Shown here: piece after piece, positions 51,116-64,000 of the stretch
Numbering within the stretch: the first letter of the stretch is position 1
Layout: every line of letters starts with the position of its first letter
Assembly (NCBI RefSeq): GCF_001194135.2
Contig: NC_068989.1
Span: 26,406,752-26,470,751, forward strand
Length of the DNA: 64,000 nt
Source of the DNA: Octopus bimaculoides
Lineage: Eukaryota
Reading direction: 5' to 3'
Made by a program: the position numbers and the translations under genes
The notes under the pieces: model-generated
Databases searched by the model: none
Seen by the model: the letters and a program-made list of their open reading frames with translations, nothing else
Told to the model about the DNA's origin: nothing

Positions 51116-54100
51116 ATAGTTTATTATTAAAATTATTATTTTTTCAAAAGGTGCAACAAAATTCAATTTATTTTTTCGATTCTAGTTTCTAACATTTGAA
51201 GGCTCAATATTCTGTGAAAAAACATCTTTTTTTTTTAGAAAAATGTAACGTTTGATAATTTTCTTGAACCCTTTTTTTTCTGAAAGACAAGAATTTTTTT
51301 CATTTAAATTATTTATTATCAGTTTTAGTCAGTTCCAATCTTGGAACAAAACAGATGGATATATTATATTCTACGTGTGCAATATCGTAGAAATAATTTC
51401 ACATCATTTAAAGTTTCAACATCTGGTTTCTGAGCAGATTTTTCACAGCTAATATGTGAAACTACCGTGCCAAAAGGAATAAGAATAAACGTTTCATTAC
51501 ATAGCTTCAGATAACACCCGAACGCTGTTATTGTTATGAGGGGAATAACTTTTAGCCTTGTTCCGAATGTGAAGGGATTGCTTGCACACAAGCACAACAT
51601 ACATTTATTATGTTTTCTCCCATATGAGGTACAGATTTCATAACTGTGAAAGAGATTATTTCTCGTAAAATAAAGTTGTGGGAACACATTGAGTTATGCA
51701 GAATACTGCGTGATCTATATCCAGTGAACTTAGTTTGTCTGATATATGGAATTGTTACACTGTAAATCATTGAATTAATGTGAGTATTCATAATATTAAT
51801 TCGAAATTCGAAATGTTTTCAGCGCGCGTTGAGTTCAGTGAAGCTAAACAATGACGAAAAGTGAAAGAAAGTGATAGAATGCATGAAAGAGGAAGAACTG
51901 AGATTGACGGAGAGAGAACAAGATGAATAACTAACTGAGAGAGAGCTGAAAATTTTACAAGAGTTTTATTGACAATAGAAACGAATTCCCATCCAATATA
52001 TTTATAGTTTAAATTTAAATTATTTGCTGTCAGTAATATAATACACAATAAATTATTTTCTATTTTATTATTGGTTACTGATGTACTGTAGAGTCTAAGT
52101 TGTTATGAAGCACATCCAGCAGTCTGCTTAAGACTTTATGGTTGTGGATAGTCTTTCTTAATTTAAAATTATTTCGAATATGATGAGTATATGAATGCGA
52201 TTAGATCTCGTTTCGTATTTATTTCTCAGATTCGAAATCCTCAGTTTCAATTATGTACATAATATCGGTTTCAAAGTTTGGCATATGGCAAGAAAAGTCG
52301 GGTGATGGGGTGCGTGTATTGCGTCGACTTAAGTACTCAGACGGTATTGAACTATGTGCATAATATAGGTTATTAATATATGTCATCGTTTAGACATAGC
52401 TCAAATGCTAATCGGGCATATGTATGGTCAATCCCTGATCACCTCATATTCTTTTAGATATGGTACCTGTAGATATATACTAATTTAATTCAACATGTAA
52501 TGTAAGAAAACTTTGGGATGCTTTTTCAAACGTTTCAAACAACTAAGGAAATGACACCTTAGTGGTTGTTTTCCCTCAATATATCAAATACTGTAAGTCA
52601 AGTGGGAGGATGAACATGTAACAGCGACAGTTGCTTAATAAAAAGAAAGAACAACGATGTACGGTTTACTGCAATAATATATGGAGCCTGGTTACATCAT
52701 ATACTTATTTTGAACATATACTGCAATATGTTTGTATTCTAAATAAGTTGCTCATGGATACTGATAATGTATTTTATTGGCCAATCATATTCAGTGGCAT
52801 AATTCATATAATATAGATACATAAATATGTATTTTTCAAGATGTATTCTTTTGAACAAAATTCCCTTCCAAATATGACTTCTGCAATGATGTACATATAT
52901 TTTCTTCGATTCTATGAACCTTCCAATTTCATTGAAGTTTTTATTACGACGATAAATATGTACGTATAGCATAAAACGTTTCAATGCATTCTAATTTGCT
53001 TTTTAGTTATTATTAGACTTCATTCAGGCATTATCTCTGATAAGTGTAAATCTATAGATTTTTTCCATAAGTGAATAAAATTAATGATTTTTTTTTTAAT
53101 GGTGAGGATATTTAGTCTGGAGAGAATATTAAACTTTAAAACATTAATTTCTGCTGCATGAATATAAAGATATTTTAATACTTTCAAAATATAGATATAT
53201 ATTCCAAAGTATTATCTTTTATATTTTAAGAGGCCAGATTGCAAATTTTCGATTTACGGATTTATGAAATATGTTGCATATTTGTATATAAAAAGGATAT
53301 ATATAAAGCATCAATATTGAATCGAGGTATTGGTGCTACGTTTGAAATACATACTACGAATATTTAAGATATTACCATTCTTGGAGCAGCATAATTATTG
53401 AACGAATTTCAAAATACATCAATATTAACTGAACTTCTCAACAAACTGCATAGCCTTGACCGCTTGAAAACTTTAGGATATAAATTCATATTCACTTCTA
53501 TTCATATAAAGTATGTATATTTATTAATGCAGAAATTAGTCATAAACAATCTCTGGCTATCTTAAGTGTTTATTGGTAAACTGACTTAGAATATAACCAT
53601 GATCTATACTTTCGATAAAACAGCGTGTAAATAAAAAACAGTGAAAAAGTGGTTGCAAAATAGCATAAAATATGTGATGTAATTGAACTAGGGACATTTT
53701 CACCGCTATAGGGACAACCCTCTACAGTCCCTCATATAAATTATGTTAATATTCTTTATATTTTTGATAATTACTATAGCCATTCACATCTTTGTAATTA
53801 CGATTACTAACATCATATTTAATATCATCTTTATTAGTATTATTATTGTTAGCACTATCATAACACCCGGTATTTATATGAGAAACTGTTCATATTTATC
53901 TCCCAACCCCGTCTTCTATAAATACATATATAAAGTTTAGAGTTTTATAATGGAATATTAAACACTATTTAGATCACTATTTTGATATAGTATATAGAAA
54001 GAAAGCACATGTTTATCTAGTTTAGAATGATTTTCATTTATCTCCTAAATTTTGTCTAATTCTTCATCTTTACTAACCTTCAAGCTATTACCGTATTAAT

Positions 54101-54523
54101 ACATTGTTATCTTATTAATTCACATTTATTAACGAATAGTATTATCAGTATTATTATTACTATTATCATATTATTATCATCATAGTCGCTTATAGTTGTT
54201 CTTAATTATAAGTTAATACCAAAAGTATTATAGATATTTTTACAAGATTGCGGTTATGATTGCAACTGTAACGTAACGGTTATTTTCTTTTAGTTGCATT
54301 TCTAGTGTTAAACATTAAACCAGTTCACATTAAAATTGGATGCATGTATTTCCATATCCGCAGAGTGCTTTAGCAAATGAAGGTAGAAAGGTAGAGGAGA
54401 CTTTCACCTGAGGAATTACATAAGCACAAACTTGAGTGCGAAATGCAACAGATCCACTGAATCTGGATTCAAACGTACATGATCAATCAAAATTCTACAT
54501 TGCTACAGAGTATTGAATACTGA

Positions 54524-54623
<100 letters not shown>

Positions 54624-55394
54624 NNNNNNNNNNNNNNNNNNNNNNNNNNNNNNNNNNNNNNNNNNNNNNNNNNNNNNNNNNNNNNNNNNNNNNNNNNNNN
54701 NNNNNNNNNNNNNNNNNNNNNNNNNNNNNNNNNNNNNNNNNNNNNNNNNNNNNNNNNNNNNNNNNNNNNNNNNNNNNNNNNNNNNNNNNNNNNNNNNNNN
54801 NNNNNNNNNNNNNNNNNNNNNNNNNNNNNNNNNNNNNNNNNNNNNNNNNNNNNNNNNNNNNNNNNNNNNNNNNNNNNNNNNNNNNNNNNNNNNNNNNNNN
54901 NNNNNNNNNNNNNNNNNNNNNNNNNNNNNNNNNNNNNNNNNNNNNNNNNNNNNNNNNNNNNNNNNNNNNNNNNNNNNNNNNNNNNNNNNNNNNNNNNNNN
55001 NNNNNNNNNNNNNNNNNNNNNNNNNNNNNNNNNNNNNNNNNNNNNNNNNNNNNNNNNNNNNNNNNNNNNNNNNNNNNNNNNNNNNNNNNNNNNNNNNNNN
55101 NNNNNNNNNNNNNNNCACATATATATATGTATGTATATATATATATATATATATACATACATATATATATATATGTGTGTCTGTGTGTGTTTGTGTGTGT
55201 GCGAGTAAGAACGATTAATCGAAGGAATTGATCAAAAACTCTAAAAGCAATCCAACAACAAGCAAATATTCTGAGCAGACATATCAAAGTCTATATTGTC
55301 CAGAATATTTTACTGTTTAAAAGAGGGCATGATATTTAATAAACTGAACAGCGAAAGTCAATAACTAAATCTCATGCAACAGAAATGTTTTATA

Positions 55395-56587
55395 ATACAG
55401 GTTGCGTCCGTTGCTTGAGTACACTTCACCAACGCTTTACCTATTTTCTAGCTTTCTTTGTATTACATTTTAGACAAATAATGTTAGACATCTAGTTGTG
55501 TCTGCAAATGTAACTGCACACTGTAATCTCCGATTAAAGGCGTAGCATACTGATACACAGATAGACAGAAAGTTTCGCAATCCCTGGCTGTCAAGGGTCG
55601 AGAAGAGCTGGAATCTGCTAACGAGAATTCAACATCGGCAGCTAAATGAAAATCGCATGCACATGATCTTAATTCTATCGTAACACACAAATTTGTTCAA
55701 AATGTTCATAAAACCATAGCAAAGGATCTTAAGATATTAGAATACGCAATCAGAAGAGTTATAAAAGAGGTTATCCGGTATAAATCGTGTGTGATGCAAA
55801 GACGTGAGTTTATGTTGGATGTGACAAAGTGCATCGTTCGACTCGCGTGCAAAGTGCCTGTTAAGCAATTTACATCACCAAGAGGCCGGAAATCTTTAGC
55901 TTTTCTCTGATAAGAAAAACGTCTATCAAGCCAGAAAGGTAAATCAACGGAACGACAGATTGTTATGCAGAGCACCGAATGGATAATAAGCTGCCAGATA
56001 CTGTGATTATTGTGGAAGTTATCAGCAACGAGGGAAGTATGCATCCTCACTTTTTTCACAGGGCTTAAGTGTCAATGGATCTGTCTACACAGTGGTGTTG
56101 GAGAAAACGCCAAAAACCATGGATGTTCAAAGTACATGACAGCAAAGTACGTCTTCCAACATAACCCTCTACCATCTCATAAGGATAGGAGAACCCAAGC
56201 ATGGATGCGTGCCAATTTCCATGATCATGTTCCCCCAGACACATGGCCTCATAGCTCAGCAGTCAACAGTCCACTGGACTCTTACATATGGTGTGTAGTT
56301 GAAAGACCAATCAGCACTCCATAGAACTATACAACCTCTCGAGTCCACCATAATCAGCAATGTGTCTAACGTTGATGACTGTCATCTGACTCGAACATGT
56401 CAAAGTGTTACGAGACTGTATTAAAGCAGCCATTGATGCTAAATGTGAATTAATTAAATAGTTGTGATAAAAGGGTTCACATGATTATTTGGACAAATTT
56501 GCTTTCATATACGATTTTTCTTTGATGAGCTATGCTTCTTCCACTTAAATTCGTACAAACGATATCAAAAACCTGACATCCCTGTAT
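55395..56587 (+). mobile_element. Tc1/mariner element of maT (DD37D)-like type, decayed
   Basis: IAKDL..AIRRVIKE.IRYKS.VM; SDKKN..Q..KVNQRNDR; YVFQHNPLPSHK..TQAWMRANFHDHV..TWPHSS..SPLD.YIWCVVE; right end ...acatccctg|TA. Confidence 0.85.
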
Positions 56588-56695
56588 ACAGGGTTGACAT
56601 TTTAAGTCTAAAATAATTGTGAAAAAACTGAAATAACGTACCGTGTCCTAAGCTCATTCATAAATTTGTATACACATAAATACATACGTCCACCT

Positions 56696-56791
<96 letters not shown>

Positions 56792-57149
56792 CATATATAT
56801 GGTGGCGTGTTAATATTTCGCTTAGGCATAGCCATACCAATAACCTGGCGCAAGAACTCAATATACAAGAAATATTACTTGAATACAGAAAGGAATAAAT
56901 ATTAATTAAATGACACAGGAACAAGACATTATGTAACGAACTTTATTAACTTCCTGCTGTTTGTACTACAAGATGCAACATACTCAAACATGAACGCTCT
57001 GTCGGGGATTGAAAAATGAATGGCAATTTTGTTTGGTAAAGCAGTTATATATAGAAGACAATGTGTTTCAAAAAGTAAAAATACGTAATTTATATGAAAT
57101 TCATTTCACAGCTCTTTGTTCCATTGTCATTTATTTAATTATAGACATT

Positions 57150-57505
57150 CAAGCATGGTTGTGTCAAGATGTTTTACTTTCGAATCTCATGATACCAGCT
57201 CAAGTCCAGCTACTCGGCACCATGAACGAGAGACTTCTACTACAGCCTCCGGCCGCCCGGAATCTAAAAGAAATCTTATCGTATATGTCTATGTGTCTTT
57301 GTGCATGTACGTGTGTGACTTGGTGTTTGTCCCCCAACACCGCCTGACAACCTCTTTTGGAGGCCTAGCGTTCCCGAAATTTAGAAATTCGGCAATAGAA
57401 CCAATAGAATATATACTTGAGTTTAAAAAATAAGAACCGGGCTCGATCCATCCCAATAAATATTCTTCTGGCCACAGTCTAATGACTGAAACAAATAAAA
57501 AGATG
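57150..57505 (+). mobile_element. SINE, near full length and diverged
   Basis: catggttgtgtcaagatg..ctcaagtcc head, internal TG run, ggccacagtctaatgactgaaacaaataaaaag tail. Confidence 0.65.
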
Positions 57506-57549
57506 CATACATGCATGCATATATGTGTGAGTGTGTGTGTGTATGTATA

Positions 57550-57845
57550 GTGAAACTGTATACCCCTCCCGGTAAAAGTGGTAGGAGCCAGCCATTATAA
57601 ATAGACAAGTAGCCGGTTATCAATAGAGCAACGAAAGTCGCAAAGTTGAAAGTAGACAGTTCTTGTCGGTGTCTTGTGGAGCTATTAGCGATAGTAAGAC
57701 AGAAGTTAGTGTATTACTATTCCGGTACGAAGAGATGCAACAGTATCCGATGACAAGTAACTATTGTGGCTACTAGCGTAAAACAGTAACTACAGTACAA
57801 CGGCACTCACACACGACACCAGTGGAAGGAGCCAAATTTGCAACA
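57550..57845 (+). repeat. Putative 5' LTR of the Gypsy element
   Basis: Ends ...tttgcaaCA, followed by PBS-like gtggcggtgagg (57846-57857); TATA-like tataaatag near 57596; the start is uncertain. Confidence 0.45.
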
Positions 57846-60780
57846 GTGGCGGTGAGGAAAAACAAATTTACGTGGTGTTAGGAACAAGAAAAATTTACAC
57901 GGAGAATTTTAACTAATTCAGTTGGAAAATGAAATACCTCGACAAAAAAGTAACAAAAACCTTGTGCAAACTTACGAAGACCATAAAATACGGAAGACGT
58001 GTTTGCTTCTCTAGTTGAGGTGCAAAAACAGCAACAACAACCACTCAACAAAAGAACGAGGATTGCAGCAGCAAATGTGACAACTAATGAAGTGTGATAA
58101 CCAAACCGGAGAATACATTTTCGCCTGACCATGTAGCAAATTCCATAAGCGAATTCAAATTTGATCCCGAAGAAGGCTTACTTTCGAAGATTTGAACAAA
58201 TGGTTGTATAAGAATGTCACGATTGGACGGACAAAATGAAAACGAGTCTAGATTTATTAAAACGAGTGACAGCAGAGCATGAGAAGTATAGTAACTTCAT
58301 ATTGTCAATCAAAAGCGTCCGACATAAATTTCAGCGACACAGAATATGCGAGACTTAGGCTGGATATGCTTAGTCCAGTTTACTTCAAGTGTTTGATTTT
58401 TGCACAAGGTTTGCCAGATAAAAAGGACGCAGAAATACGAACGAGCATTCTAGGAAACCTGGGAATAAACCAGGGTTTCACATTGCAGAAACTTTCGGAA
58501 GAGTGATATGATATTAAAATTAAGTCATGACACGGAAGAAATTCAACTCAAAGAGTGTTTTGACATAAGGCCAGTGCAAAAGGTCGGAAGACAATAAAAT
58601 GGTGCAAGAAAAAAAAAAAATATCGGGATGTAGACCCATGTATGGCATGTGGTGGGATGCACCTGGAAAAGATTCCCCATATGAAAAAGTAAAGTGTTTG
58701 CGCTGCGGGTTTATAGGATGTATAAAATCGCACTCCAAAACTAGAATGATACGAAAATGGAACAAACAAAATAAATAGTTTGTCAGTAGGAAATGTTGCG
58801 ACTACAATAATCAGAAAATTCGTGATTGTGAGAATTGAATCCACAATTCAATTAAACACAGATAGTGACAATCTAAAATGAGAAAACGAGGGAACAAATG
58901 GGAAAACCAGAATTATGTAATCCAAACAAAGTACCGTGTGGTGTTACGGGAAGAAAATTATATTTCACAGGAGAACGCATTTCTAATATAATGCTCAAAG
59001 GTCAAGCCAAAAAAGTGAATGTTTATGTCTTGAAATAATCCATGAATTTATTTGGCACCGAATGTATAGAAACATTTAATCTATGGGATACACCCACAAG
59101 TGTGTTGGGCAATAATGTAAAGGAAACAGTCAAAACGATCGAACGATGTCGATGAAATGAGATAGGAAATGAAAGAAACTTTCCCAAAAGTTTTTTTCGG
59201 AAGGCTGTTGTACAACAAGAAATGCAAGGAATGCTATCAAATAAAATTCAACACCTATCTTCTGGCCGAAACAGAACGTGCCGTTTGCGACGGTAGACCA
59301 AATCAATAAACGAGTAGAAAGGTTGGATAGCCTCAATATAATTGAAAAGATTAACCATGCAGACTGGGCAGCACCAGTCTAATCTAAGTGTGTTCGAAGA
59401 TTTCGTAACCGGATTAAACAGCTGTTTATTCACACACAATTACCCACTATCAATCTTAGAAGAAGTATTTGCTAAACGGAACGGTGGAAAAATTTTCTCG
59501 AAGTTAGAGCCTTCAAATTCAGTTAGAGGAAGATTTAATTCATCTACTAACAATCAATGCGCACCGTGGATTGTACAAGTTCAAACGCCTGCCGTTTGGA
59601 GTAAAAGTGGTACCCGCCATATTCCAACACATAATGGATGCGATGGTCAGTGATTGCGACTTTGCCATCGCATAACTCGATGACATTTTGGTAAAGAGTG
59701 AGTCGCGGGTGCAATAAAGAAAGACATAAAGAAAATATTCGACAGAAAAAGTGAGGACGGGCTAAAACTCAGAAGAAAAATGCAAATTTTTTATAGAAAA
59801 AATATCCTACCTGGGTCAAGTAATTGACGAAAGTGGTCGCAGACCAGACCAATGAAGGGCGACGGCAATATGAAATGCCAAATTGGTTTCCACAGAGAAA
59901 TGACAGAAACTATTTAACGCGTTAAAAGATGTGTTACCTTGTTTCTTACGCATTTCGACGCAAAGAGATACTACTAGCTATAGATGCTAGCGTGTATGGG
60001 ATAGGAGCCATGCTCCTACACATGGATAACGATGGCAGGAGAAAGGCCATAACACACGCATCAAGGACATTATTGCCGGTGGAACAGAGCTATAGGCAGA
60101 TTGAAAAAGAGGCGTTACCTATATTATATGGCATGATAAAGTTCCACAGGCTCATTCACGGCAGACGTTTTTGGTTGCAAACTGACCATAGACAACTGAT
60201 AACAATATACGGATATAAGAAAGGAAGCCGGATACATACGGCAAACAGACTTCAGAGGTGGGGTACCATTCTATTAAACTACGATAATAGAATGTAATAT
60301 TTGCCTTCGAAAATGTTGGGGCATGCCAAAAGGTCTGTCTAGGTTGTTACCGAAAAATAACGACCCATTGGAAGACACCGTAATTGCAGCGCTAGAGTGG
60401 AAGCAGAAACACAAACAAAAAAAACGTGATGTGGAATATCGTGCGTGAACTACTATTAAGTTTGGAAGAAATAAAAGAAATCCAAGAAATGACAAATTTA
60501 TTAATGAGACAAATATGTGGTCAAAAGGAAATAAAGAAAATAAAGAAAGGCCTGATACAAAGAACCGCGTGTACTTTAGATGTGGTGGTGTACTAATATA
60601 CGCTCAGAAGGTGGTCATACTACAGACCTTACAGAAGTGAATGTTAAAAGAGTTCCATGTAGGACACGCAGGCATCTCTAATATGAAAACGCTATTGCGA
60701 AGTTTCGAATACTAGTCAAGCATGTACAAGGAAGTTGAACACCTGGTAAAAGGCTGCAAAGGATGTACTCTGGCTATTTT
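57846..60780 (+). mobile_element. Ty3/Gypsy LTR retrotransposon (Mag-like), decayed, truncated in integrase
   Basis: gag SEFKFDPEEG, FKCLIFAQGL..DAEIRT; RT remnants; RNase H ORF 59929-60297 LAIDASVYGIGA..HASRTL..YRQIEKEAL..F.LQTDH; integrase H2C2 FHVGHAG...VKGCKGC; no 3' LTR. Confidence 0.9.
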
Positions 60781-61580
60781 CAGCGGCGTTTTTTCAGATT
60801 TCATCATGTAATAATTATTTAGGTGTACAATAAATTATGTTTACATATCTTCACTAAAGAGCATGCTTCGCATTATAGAATGCAATTGTATATCAGCTAA
60901 TTCAGGCAGATAAAAATGCTAGCAAATCACATTATCTGAACATCATGTTTACCACAATGTTTCACCTCTAACTACACTTACAGAGTTTTCCCTTTATATA
61001 TAGAATTATGGAGGATGAAATTAACTTGGTATGGTCATTAAAAATATATTGTTTCGGATCAATTAACATCCTGGATCTAAGTTCAGGGACAGTACCATAA
61101 TTAATTGTAACAAATGAAAAGGAGAGACAAGTGAAGAGGTAAAGCAGTTATAGTGAATAAAATATTGTAAGAAGTGTATGGGAGTACCGATAAAACAATT
61201 TTATATAAATACATTCTAAAGGGAACAGGCAGCTGATGATATGATGATTAAACCAAGCGATACTATTGAACATCAATTATTTTCAAATGGGATTGTAAGA
61301 TAAAAAGACCTCAAAATACTTACAAAAGCTTACAATATTCACGACTACACAGAAGAATGTAAACATAAGCATTAACACATTAAAACATCTCCCACCCATT
61401 AATATCCAAACAGACTACACGGTGGCAAATATTAGTTCACACACATAAGTACAAACCTGTACCTATATATATACAAAAACATATACATATAAATATATAC
61501 AAAAGCATTTCCATTCATATACACGTAAAATAGATGTTAATAGACGTACATATTTGTACATATAGACACATATGCGTGCA

Positions 61581-61634
<54 letters not shown>

Positions 61635-61739
61635 TTGTATAAATGTGATGAAGCACCCCTGTCATTTTGTTCATTCCTTGAGGGCGTGATGTAAATAACT
61701 CACAAGTATATTTCTCCTTATCCACTTTGAGGACTGAAA

Positions 61740-62100
61740 TTCAAGTAGATTCCGAATATTTTATGAGAGAATGCACTCCCAAGTCTTTTTCAAAATTGCA
61801 GCCATTCTATGTGAAATGTTCGGCAAATTCAGCTTTATTAATGGAAATGTTTTCTTCCATTTCCTGAATTATTTTGTCAAGTTCCTTTCTGAAATTGGGG
61901 TTTAGATCGAAGGGTAATTCTTTATATGAAATTTTGTCACTTAGAACTGTTTTCAGAAGCCGAAATATACTCACTCTTGACAATAATTCCTCACTTAACC
62001 ACCATTTTAATAAGGCCTAGTTTTTTCAACAGAAGCGTTGAACTTTGGGACACAAAATTTAAGTTTTCTGGCGGCAGATTAGTAAAAGTTATTTTCCAAG
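61740..62100 (-). mobile_element. Penelope RT N-terminal remnant
   Basis: LNFVPKFN; RPY*NGG*V..KSEY (cf. IKPADKGG.VV...DY); LKTVLSDKISYKELPFDLNPNFRKELDKII. Confidence 0.5.
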
Positions 62101-62549
62101 CTCACGTCATCCCACTGTTTTGATCATCCACACCATGTAATTTGATCAAATGGTTTTGTACTGATACGAGGAATTAATGGAAACATGCAAATGCTTTGTG
62201 CACCAATGTGTCAAAACGTGTATCATGTCTAAAGGCAATTGCAAATATTTCCTCAGCTGCTTATTGTAGACTTTAGAGGGAATAAAAATATAGAAGATAT
62301 ATTAACCTCTATTTCTGACTCCAACAAAACTAACATTGCAGTTTCTGCACGCTGTACCTTTCAAAAGAGCAGCAAGTGAGATAAGCACCCTCCTATAATC
62401 CATCAGGAGTCAGAATAGAAATGTTATGATTTATATGGAAGGTAGGACGGGCAGAGATTCTCATTTGGATTACGCAACAAAATGCGCCAAACAGAAGTTG
62501 ATTTATGTTGATTGTACTACAGAACAATTAAAAAGAAGACTCATTAGGT

Positions 62550-62795
62550 AGTAGTAGGCGCATTAGGTATGATAAAAAAAAAATTTTCAGACAAACACAT
62601 AACAAAAACACCAGGATTTTACATTTATAATTCGCATACAGAAAATAGCACAACTAGGCACTTCATACATCATGCGTAAAACACTTTCAATACAGTGAAA
62701 ATAAGAGTACCACAACAAACCACAGCACGTACCCAAGTTTCCCAGTTCTGCGAACGGTTGCGCGGTGAAATCACGTGATAAAAATAAGACTACTC
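62550..62795 (+). mobile_element. R4/Dong-type 3' fragment
   Basis: VVGALGMIKK..IQKIAQLGTSYIMRKTLSIQ*; 3' UTR homologous to 14056-14180. Confidence 0.8.
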
Positions 62796-62798
62796 AAA

Positions 62799-62863
62799 AA
62801 TAATAATAATAATAATGATAATGATAATAATAATTATAATTATAATAACAATAATGATAATAA

Positions 62864-62926
<63 letters not shown>
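62799..62926. repeat. (TAA)n array between two R4/Dong copies
   Basis: Directly visible. Confidence 0.98.
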
Positions 62927-64000
62927 GTCTGTCCCAAAGTCTGTCCCAAAATAAAGTCTGTCCCATCAAAAGAAGAAGTGCAAGAATTTTGGAATAAAAT
63001 ATGGGCAGAAGATAAAACACACAATGAAAAGGCCCCTTGGATTGATAGAATATCTACAGACCTAGACTCCTTAGAGGAGCAAAAGTGGGAGGGGGTCAAG
63101 GTAGAAGATATAAAATCTGCTCTCAGGAGGTCAAGCAAATGGAAGTCTCCAGGAAAGGATAAAATTCCTAACTTCTGGTTGAATGACTTCACAGAGAGCC
63201 ATGCACTGCTAACAAAACTTTACAACGATGTTTTGCAAAATCCTAGTTTGATGCCCTCTTGGCTAATTAATGGTTTAACATTCCTGCTTCCAAAAATTGA
63301 GGAAACAAACGAACCAAAAAATTATCGACCCATAACCTGCTTAACAACAATGTATAAGACGCTAACATCTGTCCTAACCGAGTACACCTATAGTGTTTTA
63401 ATAGAAAGTAGCATATTCCCTAATGAGCAAAAGGGATGTAAACGTGGATCTTATGGTTGTAAAGATCAGCTACTCATCAATAAGATGATCTTAGAAGATT
63501 GTCACAAGCGACTCAAAAACTTGTCAATAGCCTGGATAGACTATAAAAAGGCCTTTGATAGCCTACCACATAGCTGGATTAGGAAATGTCTGGAAATGTA
63601 TAAAATAACTCCTACTCTGCGAAACGTTTTATCTGTAAGTATGAGATGATGGAGAACCACACAGACGTTGAACAATGACAATGAATCTCTTAATGCTGGA
63701 GATGTAAGAATTTCATGTGGCATTTTCCAGGGTGACTCACTATCACCACTCCTCTTCTGTCTAGCCCTAATATCGCTCTCAAAATTGCTCAGTGATGCAC
63801 AGTATGGTTATAAAATATTTGATAAAAATATAAATCATCTCATTTACATGGATGATTTAAAGCTCTTTGCAAAAAATTACCAACAATTCAAAGGCCTACT
63901 AACGATTGTTAAACAATTCAGTGATGACATCAGGATGCAATTTGGCCTTGATAAATGTGCAAAAGCTACCTTTATCAAAGGAAAAATGACAAATACATCT
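62927..64000 (+). mobile_element. R4/Dong-clade RT region, 5'-truncated, relatively young; runs off the window
   Basis: ORF 62978-63649 WKSPGKDKIPNFW, KNYRPITCL, EQKGCKRGSYGCKDQLLI, WIDYKKAFDSLPHSW; after a single TGA continues GIFQGDSLSPLLF, YMDDLKL, FGLDKCA. Confidence 0.95.

Overview
AT-rich, gap-ridden draft eukaryotic scaffold, most likely Octopus/cephalopod (inferred from the microsatellite load and the tRNA-derived SINE families I recognise). I see no intact host gene; nearly all listed ORFs are microsatellite, N-run or antisense artefacts. The window is a graveyard of decayed transposons: a Chapaev3-like CMC transposase, two Helitron remnants, several Penelope-like (PLE) fragments (two with hammerhead-type motifs), two CR1-like LINEs, Tc1 and maT-like mariner copies, one truncated Ty3/Gypsy, many SINEs, and R4/Dong-type LINEs stacked head-to-tail in (TAA)n arrays. 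Non-TE signals are a pseudogenised CSDE1/Unr cold-shock-domain fragment abutting a PLE hammerhead-like motif, a pre-miRNA-sized hairpin, a 200-bp palindrome, a long-arm foldback element, a few unproven exon-like segments and an unassigned coding-like island between gaps. All family assignments come from remembered motifs, not database searches.
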